Assembly (NCBI GenBank): GCA_052055015.1
Contig: JBQJIT010000088.1
Source of the DNA: Malassezia furfur
Lineage: Eukaryota
Length of the DNA: 32,107 bases
Direction: 5' to 3' (one strand)
A program made the position numbers and the translations under genes. Below are positions 21,701 to 30,854 of this stretch, piece by piece. The notes beneath the pieces were generated by a model. That model did no database searches and was not told the DNA's origin. It saw only the letters and a list, made by a program, of their open reading frames with translations. Position 1 is the first letter of the stretch; the number at the start of each line of letters is the position of its first letter.

Positions 21701-24596
21701 CGCGTCGCCGCGGCGCAGCGCATACCCGCATGCGATCTGTAATGGGCCGGGCACAAACGCCCGCGCCTCATCACCGAGATCGGAGGGGAAGGGCGTGTCG
21801 GGACTCTTGCCTGCGCCGTCTTCGGCGCTGTGTGGTTCCGACAGTGCCGACAGCGCCGCATACGCATAGCGTACGAGAAGCAGGCGCCGGCAAAAGTCGT
21901 TGTACCACGTCGCGTCGCGCTTCGACGTGGCGAGCTGCGCATCTAGTGCGTGCAGCGCCGGCGCGACAATGCGCTCCAGCACCTCGAGTGCGAAGGAAAT
22001 TTCGTCGTCGCTCGGGGTGTGCCAGTCAATGTGCACCTGCGCGACCGTGTACAGCTTGCCCCATGCCCGGTAGGCATCCGTAGCATACGCGTCAGTGCCC
22101 CATTCGCTCGGATTAACGCTGCGCTGCTCGGCCGGATACAGCGTGCCGAGCGAGAACAATAGCCGCTGCACAAGCTTGGCCGTGAGCAGGTAGCCGCGCT
22201 CCGTAAAGCACCGCTCCGCCAGCAGCGCACACGTGTCGAGCAGCTGCGCGCGGTGCGGCAACACATTGCGTCCCGCAAACATCAGCGCGCCGTTCAGCAT
22301 CGAAATGTGCCAGTGCAGCGCCGTGTCTTGCTCGAGCGGCACGCTGGTGCTGGTCGTGCGCGTCGACGATGCACCGTGCGCTAGCTCCACGGCAATGCGC
22401 TCGCAGCACACGGGCACGACGCGCGCGAGCACCGCAGCGCTGTCGGCGCGCGCAAAGCACCCGATCAGCGAGCCGATCACCTTGACACCGCTTGCGGCGA
22501 CGGTTGTCCGTGCGTACGCCAGCACCTCGTCGAGCAGGTGCGCAAACAGCGCTGGGCTCAGTGCACTGCAGAACACGTCGCACGTTGCAACGAGCGTGTG
22601 CAGCACCATCTCCTCGTTTTTCTCGCCAATCTTGCCGCTTTTTCCCTCGTCAGGCAGGTTGTCGACGAGGTGCAAGATGCGCTGGAGGAAGGCGGAGCAC
22701 CATGCGTCCAAGTCGGCAGAGGCGAGGCGCACCGCATAGTCCTCCTCACCGCGCGTCGTGTGCGTATCGTCGTCGACCGCACATGCGTCGTTATCGTCGG
22801 CATGCCCGCCGTCGTGCTCACTGTAGTCGCCAAAGCGCACCGTCATCGACACAGCCAGCACAAACATGCACGTGCTCACCGTCTTCATCGGGTCGTTCAG
22901 ATCGATGCCAGGCAGGCACAGGTGCAGCAGAGGCACGAGGTGCCGCGCCCCGGGCGCGTACAGCTTGCGCGACACAAGCGGCTGAGCAAGCGCCGCAAGC
23001 GCCGAGATTACCGACGTGGTGCGGTGGGTCGTCTCGAGCGTTTCGAGCGAGGAGTAGGCTCGCTGCAATACCGCCGGCACGATCAGCTCGGGCTGCAAAT
23101 AGGCCATGCGTTTCAGCGACGTCTGTGCGGCCAGGATTGTCAGCGGGTCCTTAGAAAACATGCTCAGCAGGCACACAGTGCGCAGCGTGCGCACAAATTC
23201 AACCTTGATTGCCGGCGTAAGCCGCGCAGCATATGGCGTCGTGCATTCGGGGCGCTCTTCCTCCTTGCACCGCCGCGCAAACTCCCACGTGAGGTGCTGT
23301 ACAAAGTTGGCCAGCTGCACCTGCCACATACCCCAATTCGACGGGTGGAAGTAGCTCTCGGTCGCCTGCACAAACTTGGCGAGCTGGTCCAGCGCCTTGC
23401 ACCCGGCCAAGTAAGTTGATTGTGGCGCGACGTGCACGGCGCCAGCATCGGCGTCCACGGCGCGCGCCTCCGCGCGCGCGTCCAACGGGGGGGCATCGGG
23501 TGCCATGCTGTACACAAGGATTACCGCAAACGAGTGCAGGCGGTCACTCGGTTTTTTGATGCGCAGCGTCTGGCTGGTGGCCAGGGCATCTGCACCAGTG
23601 CGCACATTGGCCGACTGCGCCATCAGCGTCGCGTTTGCCGCCTTGTTCGCGCCGACGGGCAAGCCCGCGGACCGCAGGCACTTGGTCATAATCAGTGCAA
23701 ACTGTGCATCGGTAAATAGCCCCGTCTCTTGCCAGAGTACTGGCTTCGCGTCATCCTTGCACGCTGCAGGTGCATCCAGCAGCTGGTGTTCAGCAAGGCG
23801 CGCGAGGTGGTCGAGCATTTGGTCGTCAAACAGCGACGACTTGAATGTCTCCCACAGCCTGAACATGGCCGGAAGCCATGCCTGAGGCTCGTCCAGCGGC
23901 AGGAAATGCACCAGGAATGCCTGCGTTGCGATCACCGAGTTGAGGTCACCACCGTCCATCAGCGGCAGCACGGTCTGTAGCATATTGTGCGCTTCACGCG
24001 GCGAAAAGAAACGCTGTGCATATTCGGCCACGTCTAGAAGCACATTGCTGATTTTGCTCGTGGACGCCTTGCGGCCCTTGTGAAAGATTTCGCGCGCCAG
24101 TACGTCGTATAGCGGCCGCCAAGGCAGCTCGAGATCACGGCGGTCCAACTCACGTTTGGGGCTGCGTCAGTGCATTTTCAAAGGCGTACCGAAGCAGACG
24201 GATACACATGCTCCCAGCCGTCTCGGTGAAACGCGCGTCCAGAGACGTCATTACGGCTAGATCATAGTAGAAACGCGCGAGTTGCGCGCGCCAAGTGCGT
24301 GGGACGGGGTATTTGAGCGACAGTAGGCTCTGCAAGTACCGGTTCCATCGCACAAAGCCTACATCAAAGTCCTGTAAGGAGACGCAGTCCACCAGTTTCC
24401 CAATAGCCGTCGCGAGCTGGGTCTCAAACTCGGCTTGCGTCTCGCACGCGTACGGTAGTTTCTCGGCGAATACATGCGCACGCTTCGGGTCGCGCGCATG
24501 TGGGAGCGGCGCATCCTCGAGGATGACACCGGCTTCCTCGTCCTCGGCGTCAAAGTCCTCGACGGCCTCGAAGTCGAGAAAGTCCAGCTCGTCCAT
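18754..24596 (-). CDS. BLM10: Proteasome activator Blm10/PA200, ~1929 aa; exons 24596-24190, 24161-19272, 19246-18754
   Basis: ESYFHPSNWG, LETTHRT, LPGIDLNDPMKT, HLEVREMAATTLAG, AFPYEVP.W, EFRRTHQDTW, terminal YFV. Two introns join three ORFs in frame. Confidence 0.95.
19247..19271 (-). other. 25-nt intron 2 of BLM10
   Basis: GTGAGT-AGGCGCGCGA-CTAAC-CCAG; gives VYFQNLFYL. Confidence 0.9.
24162..24189 (-). other. 28-nt intron 1 of BLM10
   Basis: GTACGC-CTTTGAAAATGCA-CTGAC-GCAG; gives RLLRPKRELDRRDL. Confidence 0.88.
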
Positions 24597-24893
24597 CGTC
24601 GTGCGAAGCAGCACGATCGGCCACGCGTCTGGGGAAGTGGAGGCCACGCCGCGTCAGCAGCCCAGCCGATCAACCGCTGCGGCGACGTCACACACGTTAG
24701 CATTCTTTTAATGCGTCCTTGAGATTGATCAGCATCAGCTTCGCTAAATGAACAAGACATGCTATGGAGCCATCCGATCATGTAGTAGTACATAAATACC
24801 ACTATGCCATCAAAACCGATGACCAAATCACCCTAAAGCGTCTCTCCGAGACATTAAATGGGCTGGCCAGCGGTCTGTGTCATAGGGCACCTC

Positions 24894-26597
24894 TTAAGGC
24901 TCAGCCTGCGTCTGCTTGACCTCGCCCGCCTCGCCATCGGCCTTGATCTCGCTCTGGAGACCCTCGTCACGCTCGTTAATGATCGCGTCGAGCTCCTCGG
25001 CGTTGAGGTGGGGCGCAGTAAGCGACTTGTAGCAGGCCGTCGTCATAAAGTGCTTGGCGTTCCAGAAGCCCTCCTTGTGCTGGTCGGCAAAGAAGAGGTC
25101 CATCTCCTCAAGACCACGCTGCTTGGTCTCGGGGAAGAACATGTACACAAACGGAATGAACATCACGTTGAAGGCACCGAACATGGTGAACGTGTGGTTG
25201 CGCAGGTTCTGGAAGGCCGGGGGCGAAATCATGACGACCGTGAAGTTCCAGATCCAGTTAGAGCACGTCGACAGCGCAGCGGCCGGAGCACGAATGCGAA
25301 TGGGCGTAATCTCCGGCGGGTAGAGCCAGGTCATGCCGAGCCAGCCGAACGACCATGGCACGAAGTACAGGTAGATAAAGGCCTCGGCAGTCTTACCGTA
25401 GGAGATGAAGTCCTCCTTCGGCAGGTTGTTGTCGTTGCCCTGCATGACTTTGTAGATCATACCCGACATGATCGCGAAGCAGAGCGCCATACCAGCAGCG
25501 CACCAGATCATGAGGCGGCGGCGACCAGCAATGTCAATGATGAACACGGCCACCGAGGCAGCCAGGAAGTAGAGCACACCACTGCCACACACAAGGATAC
25601 GCGTAGGGATATCGTCCGAGTTGACCATCTGGAACACCGTGTTGGCGTAGTAGGTCAGGTTGTTGATACCCGTCAGCTGCTGGAACATCTGGGCCGTGCA
25701 GGCAATGCAGACACGGTAGAAGTTCTGCTCGGGACCCATCGTGAACAGCTCCTTGTACGAGAAGGCACCCATAGCAACCTCCTGCTTGTGGATCGAGTCC
25801 TCCAGCGCCTTGAGCTCCGAAACGACCTCAAAGTCATCCTCAGGAACGTCACGCAGACGCGCAATCACCGAGCGTGCCTGGTCGGACATGCCCTTCTTCA
25901 CGAGCCAGCGGGGCGACTCGGGGATGAAGAACACGCCGGCAAGCAGAACAAGGGCAAAGGCAGCCTGGAAGGCAATGGGGAAACGCCACTGAACACTGTT
26001 CGTACGCAGAAAGTAGAAGCCGAAGTCGATCCAGTACGAGATCATGACACCACCCGCGAGCAGCGCACCCTCAACGAATACAAGGAAACCACGGTTCTTA
26101 GGCTTCGACAGCTCCGACTGAAGCATCGGAATCGTAGCCGTGTCCAGACCGTTACCAATACCAGCAATCACACGACCAACGGTGAAAGCAGGGAGTTTGT
26201 CATCGGCAACCATAATGATCGTACCAATGATCATGATCGATGAGCCAGCAACCACTGAGGAGCGACGACCAATCTGGTCACCCTTCCACAATACAAGAAT
26301 GGAACCGATCAGAGCACCCAGCTCGTAGCAGCCGACAATCGCACCCTGGATGTTATCAGAGTATTCGCCAGGGTGAAGAGGCACACCACGGTAGGAATCG
26401 GGATACGATCCCTCAACTTGGTAACGAGCAATCTGGGGCATAGTAGAGGCCATCATGGGCTCCTCAATCAGAGCCGACATGACACCCTGGTCATAACCGA
26501 AGAGCAGGAAACCACAACCACAAACAAAGGCGATGAGCACCGTCAGCGAAGTGCCACGGATGTACTGTGCACCCGGCACTTGCGGGAATTGAAACAT
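24894..26597 (-). CDS. MFS sugar porter (Stl1-like polyol/sugar:H+ symporter), 567 aa
   Basis: FGYDQG, D.IGRR, PESPRWL, QQLTGINN, GRRRL, PETK sugar-porter motifs; 12-TM pattern. Confidence 0.93.
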   Translation of the reverse strand: MFQFPQVPGAQYIRGTSLTVLIAFVCGCGFLLFGYDQGVMSALIEEPMMASTMPQIARYQVEGSYPDSYRGVPLHPGEYSDNIQGAIVGCYELGALIGSILVLWKGDQIGRRSSVVAGSSIMIIGTIIMVADDKLPAFTVGRVIAGIGNGLDTATIPMLQSELSKPKNRGFLVFVEGALLAGGVMISYWIDFGFYFLRTNSVQWRFPIAFQAAFALVLLAGVFFIPESPRWLVKKGMSDQARSVIARLRDVPEDDFEVVSELKALEDSIHKQEVAMGAFSYKELFTMGPEQNFYRVCIACTAQMFQQLTGINNLTYYANTVFQMVNSDDIPTRILVCGSGVLYFLAASVAVFIIDIAGRRRLMIWCAAGMALCFAIMSGMIYKVMQGNDNNLPKEDFISYGKTAEAFIYLYFVPWSFGWLGMTWLYPPEITPIRIRAPAAALSTCSNWIWNFTVVMISPPAFQNLRNHTFTMFGAFNVMFIPFVYMFFPETKQRGLEEMDLFFADQHKEGFWNAKHFMTTACYKSLTAPHLNAEELDAIINERDEGLQSEIKADGEAGEVKQTQAEP

Positions 26598-27240
26598 CTT
26601 GAAGGCTTTTGGACTTGAGTGGTAACTAGTGCAATCTTCAACTTGATGCGTTCAGAACGTCGAACAAGTCGGGAGCGTCGAAAGCTGCATTCATTGTTTG
26701 TTTGTATTTTTATACCCTGCTCTCCAGCTTCATTTTTCATACCTATGCATGACAGCGGATTGGCGGAACTTTTTTTTTCCTCCCGCATTCAACGACGTAT
26801 GCAACTGGAGAAAACTACTGCGGCGGACATTATGCATGACGTAGCTCCACAAATTCGCTTCAGATGAGGCTTTCTGTCAAGCTTGCGTCTTAACGCTAGA
26901 ACGCCGACAGATTCTACGCGTTCATATTGGACACGGAGGGTTAAGCAGCTCAGCGACTTTTCCGAACGACGGGCCAAGAATTCAAGATTTCGTCCACTTG
27001 CGTATTTGGCTCGTGTATTGCCACAGTTTCTTCCCATCCAACCGATCCCGATCACATCCGAAGCGGCGTTTTATGAAAAAATATGTGACTAAGCACGCAG
27101 TGCCGCAGCGGATCCGGAAAATGAAACTTTAACAACGTAATCTCCGAGCACGTCTCGGACGGTTAGTCATGCTGACTCAGGTGCCATGCGTGCCTAGCCC
27201 CTGGCAACCCCACGAGATTTAGCATCTTAGGCTCGCTTCG

Positions 27241-28341
27241 ATGACGACGGGCGCCAAAATCGTGGCAACGTGGGCGTTGGCGTTGCTCACGTTGACTGCG
27301 TCGGTCGTCGCGTCGGATCTAGCAGATCTTGTGACTTCTACGGTGCCCAACACCACCGTGCTCGACACCTCAACGACGACCAAGTCGCTTTCGAAACGCG
27401 GCGGCGCCTTTTCAGGCAGGGCGACGTGGTACGATGTCGAAACCTGGGAAGCAGGGTATGTGGTTTGCTTACATATCAGGGCATGCGGTCAGTACATCGA
27501 CAACGACATGCACATTGTCGCGCTCAACGAGCCAATGTACGGCAATCTCGACTCTCGGTCAAGTTGGTGCGGCAAGCATATCATGATCGCCAATGGTCTC
27601 AAGACAGCGCGCGCAGTGATTATGGATGCATGCCCCGAGACGCAGCAGTGCCACTACGGTGCACTGGACATGAGCATGTCGCTTTTCCAAGTCTTTCACG
27701 ATCTGAATCTCGGCGTCTTTGACATCACCTGGTGGGTCATTGACGGCAGCGGCAACGGAAACAGCGGTGGCAGCAGCAGTGGAAGCAGTGGAAGCAGCAG
27801 CAGCAGCAACGACAACGACAATGGCAGTAAAGGCAGCAGCAGCAGCGGCAGCAGCAATAACAACAACAACAATGGCAGCAAAGGCAGCAGCAGCGACGGC
27901 GACGATGATGATGATGACGGCGATTCATCGTCGTCGCGCGCGGCGCCGACCAATGCCCAGCAGTCTGCGTCCCGTGCCGCCAAGGCTAAGGCTGCTTCGT
28001 CGTCGTCTGCATCGGCCGTGTCGGCCGCGTCGAAGCAGGAAGCCGAACAGTCTGCATCGCGCGCGTCGGTGCTGTTGTCCAAGTCATCGGCGAGTGCTTC
28101 GTCGGCATCCAAGGCAAGTGCGGCGAGCCACTCAAGCCGCTCGAGCAGCTCGTCTAGCTCACAATCGAGCTCAAGCAGCTCGCAATCGAGCTCGACCAGC
28201 AGCGGCGCGGGCATTGCCCGGCCCGGCACCGGCACCGGCGGCGGTGCAAGCAACGATGACCCGCAGGCGGGGAATCTGCAAAACTTTGTACGGGTACTGA
28301 ATGGGATGTCGATGCTGGTGCACGCAGCTGCAGGCAGCTAA
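27241..28341 (+). CDS. Secreted RlpA-like DPBB (expansin/loosenin-like) protein with Ser/Gly/Asn-rich tail; probable exons 27241-27455, 27480-28341 (~358 aa)
   Basis: Signal peptide, KR site, GRATWY...GACG, IVALN, CGK.I.I, IMDACP, ALDMS..LF, ITW; low-complexity Ser-rich tail. Confidence 0.88.
   Translation: MTTGAKIVATWALALLTLTASVVASDLADLVTSTVPNTTVLDTSTTTKSLSKRGGAFSGRATWYDVETWEAGYVVCLHIRACGQYIDNDMHIVALNEPMYGNLDSRSSWCGKHIMIANGLKTARAVIMDACPETQQCHYGALDMSMSLFQVFHDLNLGVFDITWWVIDGSGNGNSGGSSSGSSGSSSSSNDNDNGSKGSSSSGSSNNNNNNGSKGSSSDGDDDDDDGDSSSSRAAPTNAQQSASRAAKAKAASSSSASAVSAASKQEAEQSASRASVLLSKSSASASSASKASAASHSSRSSSSSSSQSSSSSSQSSSTSSGAGIARPGTGTGGGASNDDPQAGNLQNFVRVLNGMSMLVHAAAGS
27456..27479 (+). other. 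24-nt in-frame, stop-free intron in the DPBB gene
   Basis: GTATGT-GGTTTG-CTTAC-ATATCAG; removal restores the family motif AGACG. Confidence 0.78.
27745..28210 (+). repeat. Coding low-complexity repeats ((AGC)n, (AAC)n, (GAT)n, TCGAGC-type units) with a duplicated NGSKGSSS unit
   Basis: AATGGCAG(T/C)AAAGGCAGCAGCAGC occurs twice (~27820 and ~27871); poly-Ser, poly-Asn and poly-Asp tracts. Confidence 0.85.
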
Positions 28342-28418
28342 CCGGTCGACTTGGGCAGTTGTATGTGTATATCGTATATAGTGTGCAGAGCCAGTCGGGT
28401 TCCTTGCTTGTGGAGGTC

Positions 28419-28914
28419 ATGGTGCGCGTGCCGCGTGGCGTTGAGCAGTTGGTGACGGCCTATCTTACGGGTGCACTAGTGCAGCGGGTACGTGGTACAC
28501 TCACGCAGTTGAGCCGCTCGCCAACGGTGCTACGTGCGACGGAGCGCATTCTGCATGAATGGGATACGTTGCCCCAACGGCTTGCCGGGCGGCCCGTGCC
28601 CTATACACCGCGCGACTATGGACAGCCCGAGGGGCGGGTGAGCGATGTTGGTACGTTGTACCGCTAACGCAGACCATGGTGAGCCACACGATGAGCCATC
28701 TCCGTTTCCTGTGTCGGGAAAGTACGCTGGCGACGCCGCGCGGATGCAGCGTGGCAATACGTCAAGTCGTGGCAATGCAAGGCCGGAAGATGCGCGCGAC
28801 GATGCGCCACGGCGCACGCGTGCGCGGCCGGCGCGCGACCCTCAGGATGCCGAGCGCGATGCTGTTGCGCGCGAGATCCGCGCGCTGCAGGACAAGCTGC
28901 GGCGTGGCGCGTAG
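28419..28914 (+). CDS. Small protein, ~150 aa, N-terminus resembling Mrx7/DUF2697; exons 28419-28487, 28509-28650, 28673-28914
   Basis: Two canonical micro-introns join ORFs 28359-28667 and 28645-28914. The spliced LVQRLSRSPTVLRATERI resembles the L..SP.F.R helix of Mrx7-like proteins (weak, from memory). C-terminal helix AREIRALQDKLR. Confidence 0.6.
28488..28508 (+). other. Candidate 21-nt in-frame, stop-free intron
   Basis: GTACGT-GGTACA-CTCAC-GCAG; same architecture as the other micro-introns, but not required for frame. Confidence 0.65.
28651..28672 (+). other. 22-nt intron
   Basis: GTACGT-TGTACCG-CTAAC-GCAG; removal skips TAA 28665-28667 and enters the ORF ending at 28914. Confidence 0.82.
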
Positions 28915-28937
28915 TCCGTCTCCATACCCCTGTACTT

Positions 28938-30710
28938 CTATGCACCGAGCTGCAATGCCTGCCAGTCGGCCAAGCTCCCACGGTGCCGCGATGGTGCAGC
29001 CCGCGATGGTGCCGGCGCGTCGACGTCCGGGTCGGGCGTTCCGAAGCCACCGCCGCCGGGTGTGTGGATGACGATGCGATCGCCCGCACCAAACTTGGTC
29101 GTGGCCTTGCCGCCCAAGTTGATCACGCGCGGCGGCACGACGCCATGCTCGTTTGCAGGCACGAGGTCGCCGTCGGCCTCTCGGCGCTGCTTGACCCAGA
29201 TGTTAAGTCCCGACTGGGCGTCTTCGCCGCCCTGCAGGCCGTATGGTTGGTATGCGCGGCGCTCCGAAAGGATGCTCACCTGAATGCCTGGCTCGAGGAA
29301 CTCGATGTCCCGGATCACACCGTCGCCGCCGCGGTAGTGCCCATTGCCACCGGATCCTTCGCGGAGGCTAAACTGCCGCAGATACACCGGATAACGGCGC
29401 TCGAAGATCTCAGGATCGGTGATGCGTGTGTTGGTCATGTGCGTGTGGACGCCGCTCGTGCCGTGCCATGATGGCCCCGCGCCCGAGCCGCCAGCGATTG
29501 TTTCGTAGTAGCCAAAACCTTCGATGTGGTTTCCCTGAGCGTCCTGCCCGCCGGAACCGAACGTGAGGTTGTTCGTGTCGCCCTGACTGGCGGCGACGGC
29601 TTCAAATGCCTTGAACACGACGTCGGTGATGCGCTGGCTTGTCAGCACGTTCCCACCGACGACGGCCGCAGTTTCCGACGGAGACAGCAGAGATCCGGGT
29701 GGGATGCGCACGTCGATGGGTGCCAGGCACCCCTGGTTCAACGGGATGTCTTCCGAAACCATGCAGCGCAGCGAGTAGATGATCGCGCTGAACGCGACCG
29801 AGCGCGGGCAATTGAAATTGGCGTTCACCTCGGGCCCCGTTCCCTCAAAGTCGAACACGGCCGAGCCGTGTTCGGGGTCGATGGTGATGCGCAGCTCGAT
29901 CGGTGTGCCGTCGTCCATGTAGTCGATGGCATGCAGCTCGTTGGTGTGTTTCTCGGCAACACGGCGGAGCAAGTTGCGCACCGCGAGCTCCGCATTGTCA
30001 CGAATGTGCAACATGTACGCCTGTACCGTTTCCAGGCCCCACTCGGCTACCAGATCCTGGATCAGCAAAATGCCCTTGTGGTTCGCGGCGATCTGTGCCT
30101 GCAAATCACTCTCGACGTCGCGGAAGCAGCGCGAGCCTGAGCACCCCGGATATTTGGCGGGATCCTCGACGAGCAGGCGCACGAGCTCGTCACGGTTGTA
30201 CACGCCGTTCGCAACGATCTTGAACGAGCGGATCTGGGCACCTTCCTCAAACAGGGTCTTGGATGTGGGCGGCATCGAGCCCGGCAGGATCCCGCCAATG
30301 TCGGCGTGGTGCCCACGGCTTGCGGTGAAAAAGATGATCTCGTCGCGGTCGGGCGCAAACACGGGCGTGATGCACGTAATGTCGGGCAAATGGCTGCCCC
30401 CCGCGACCGGGTGGTTGGCAAGCACGACATCACCGCGCGTAAACGTGCCTTGCCCGAGCTCGTGCATGTGTTCCACCTGATACTGCACCGCAAAGCTCAT
30501 GCTGCCGAGGTGCACGGGCAAGTGCGGCGCGTTGGCGATCAGCGACCCGTCCGGGGCAAAGATAGCGCACGAGAAGTCGAGCCGCTCCTTGATGTTGGTC
30601 GAGATCGAGGTCTGTTGCAGCGACCGGCCCATGGACTCGGCCACGGCCATGAACCTGTTCGCGAAGAGCGACAGCAAAATGGGGTCAGGCGTGCCGCGCG
30701 TCGGGGTCAT
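28938..30710 (-). CDS. 5-oxoprolinase C-terminal half only (hydantoinase B/HyuB domain), ~590 aa
   Basis: [94 protein letters not shown]. No hydantoinase A domain upstream. Confidence 0.92.
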   Translation of the reverse strand: MTPTRGTPDPILLSLFANRFMAVAESMGRSLQQTSISTNIKERLDFSCAIFAPDGSLIANAPHLPVHLGSMSFAVQYQVEHMHELGQGTFTRGDVVLANHPVAGGSHLPDITCITPVFAPDRDEIIFFTASRGHHADIGGILPGSMPPTSKTLFEEGAQIRSFKIVANGVYNRDELVRLLVEDPAKYPGCSGSRCFRDVESDLQAQIAANHKGILLIQDLVAEWGLETVQAYMLHIRDNAELAVRNLLRRVAEKHTNELHAIDYMDDGTPIELRITIDPEHGSAVFDFEGTGPEVNANFNCPRSVAFSAIIYSLRCMVSEDIPLNQGCLAPIDVRIPPGSLLSPSETAAVVGGNVLTSQRITDVVFKAFEAVAASQGDTNNLTFGSGGQDAQGNHIEGFGYYETIAGGSGAGPSWHGTSGVHTHMTNTRITDPEIFERRYPVYLRQFSLREGSGGNGHYRGGDGVIRDIEFLEPGIQVSILSERRAYQPYGLQGGEDAQSGLNIWVKQRREADGDLVPANEHGVVPPRVINLGGKATTKFGAGDRIVIHTPGGGGFGTPDPDVDAPAPSRAAPSRHRGSLADWQALQLGA

Positions 30711-30854
30711 TGTGGGTGCGCGCACGGCCGGCGTCGGAGGTCAGTGCGGCCGAGGGGTGGGCGCGGCGCTGGGCGCGAATAGGCCACGTGGGCTGACGCT
30801 GGCTGGCATTCCACGCCCTTGTGGGGCGGCCGGTGGTGTGCGGGTGTCGGAGCG

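Noticed and set aside
26598..27240. Lower-GC 640-bp region with short ORFs (possible insertion or centromere)
   Set aside because: No terminal repeats, RNA-gene motifs or coding signal; consistent with an ordinary divergent promoter for the sugar porter and DPBB genes.
27737..27928. Cys/His-rich metallothionein-like 63-aa ORF and Leu-rich 185-aa ORF on the minus strand
   Set aside because: They are reverse-complement readings of the (AGC)n/(AAC)n repeats encoding the Ser/Asn tail of the DPBB protein.
28917..28936. 19/20-nt match (CGTCTCCATACCC[C]TGTACT) to SUR7-like intron 3 (11362-11390, minus strand)
   Set aside because: A single gapped match of this length is plausible by chance in 32 kb, and there is no flanking homology or mobile-element hallmark.
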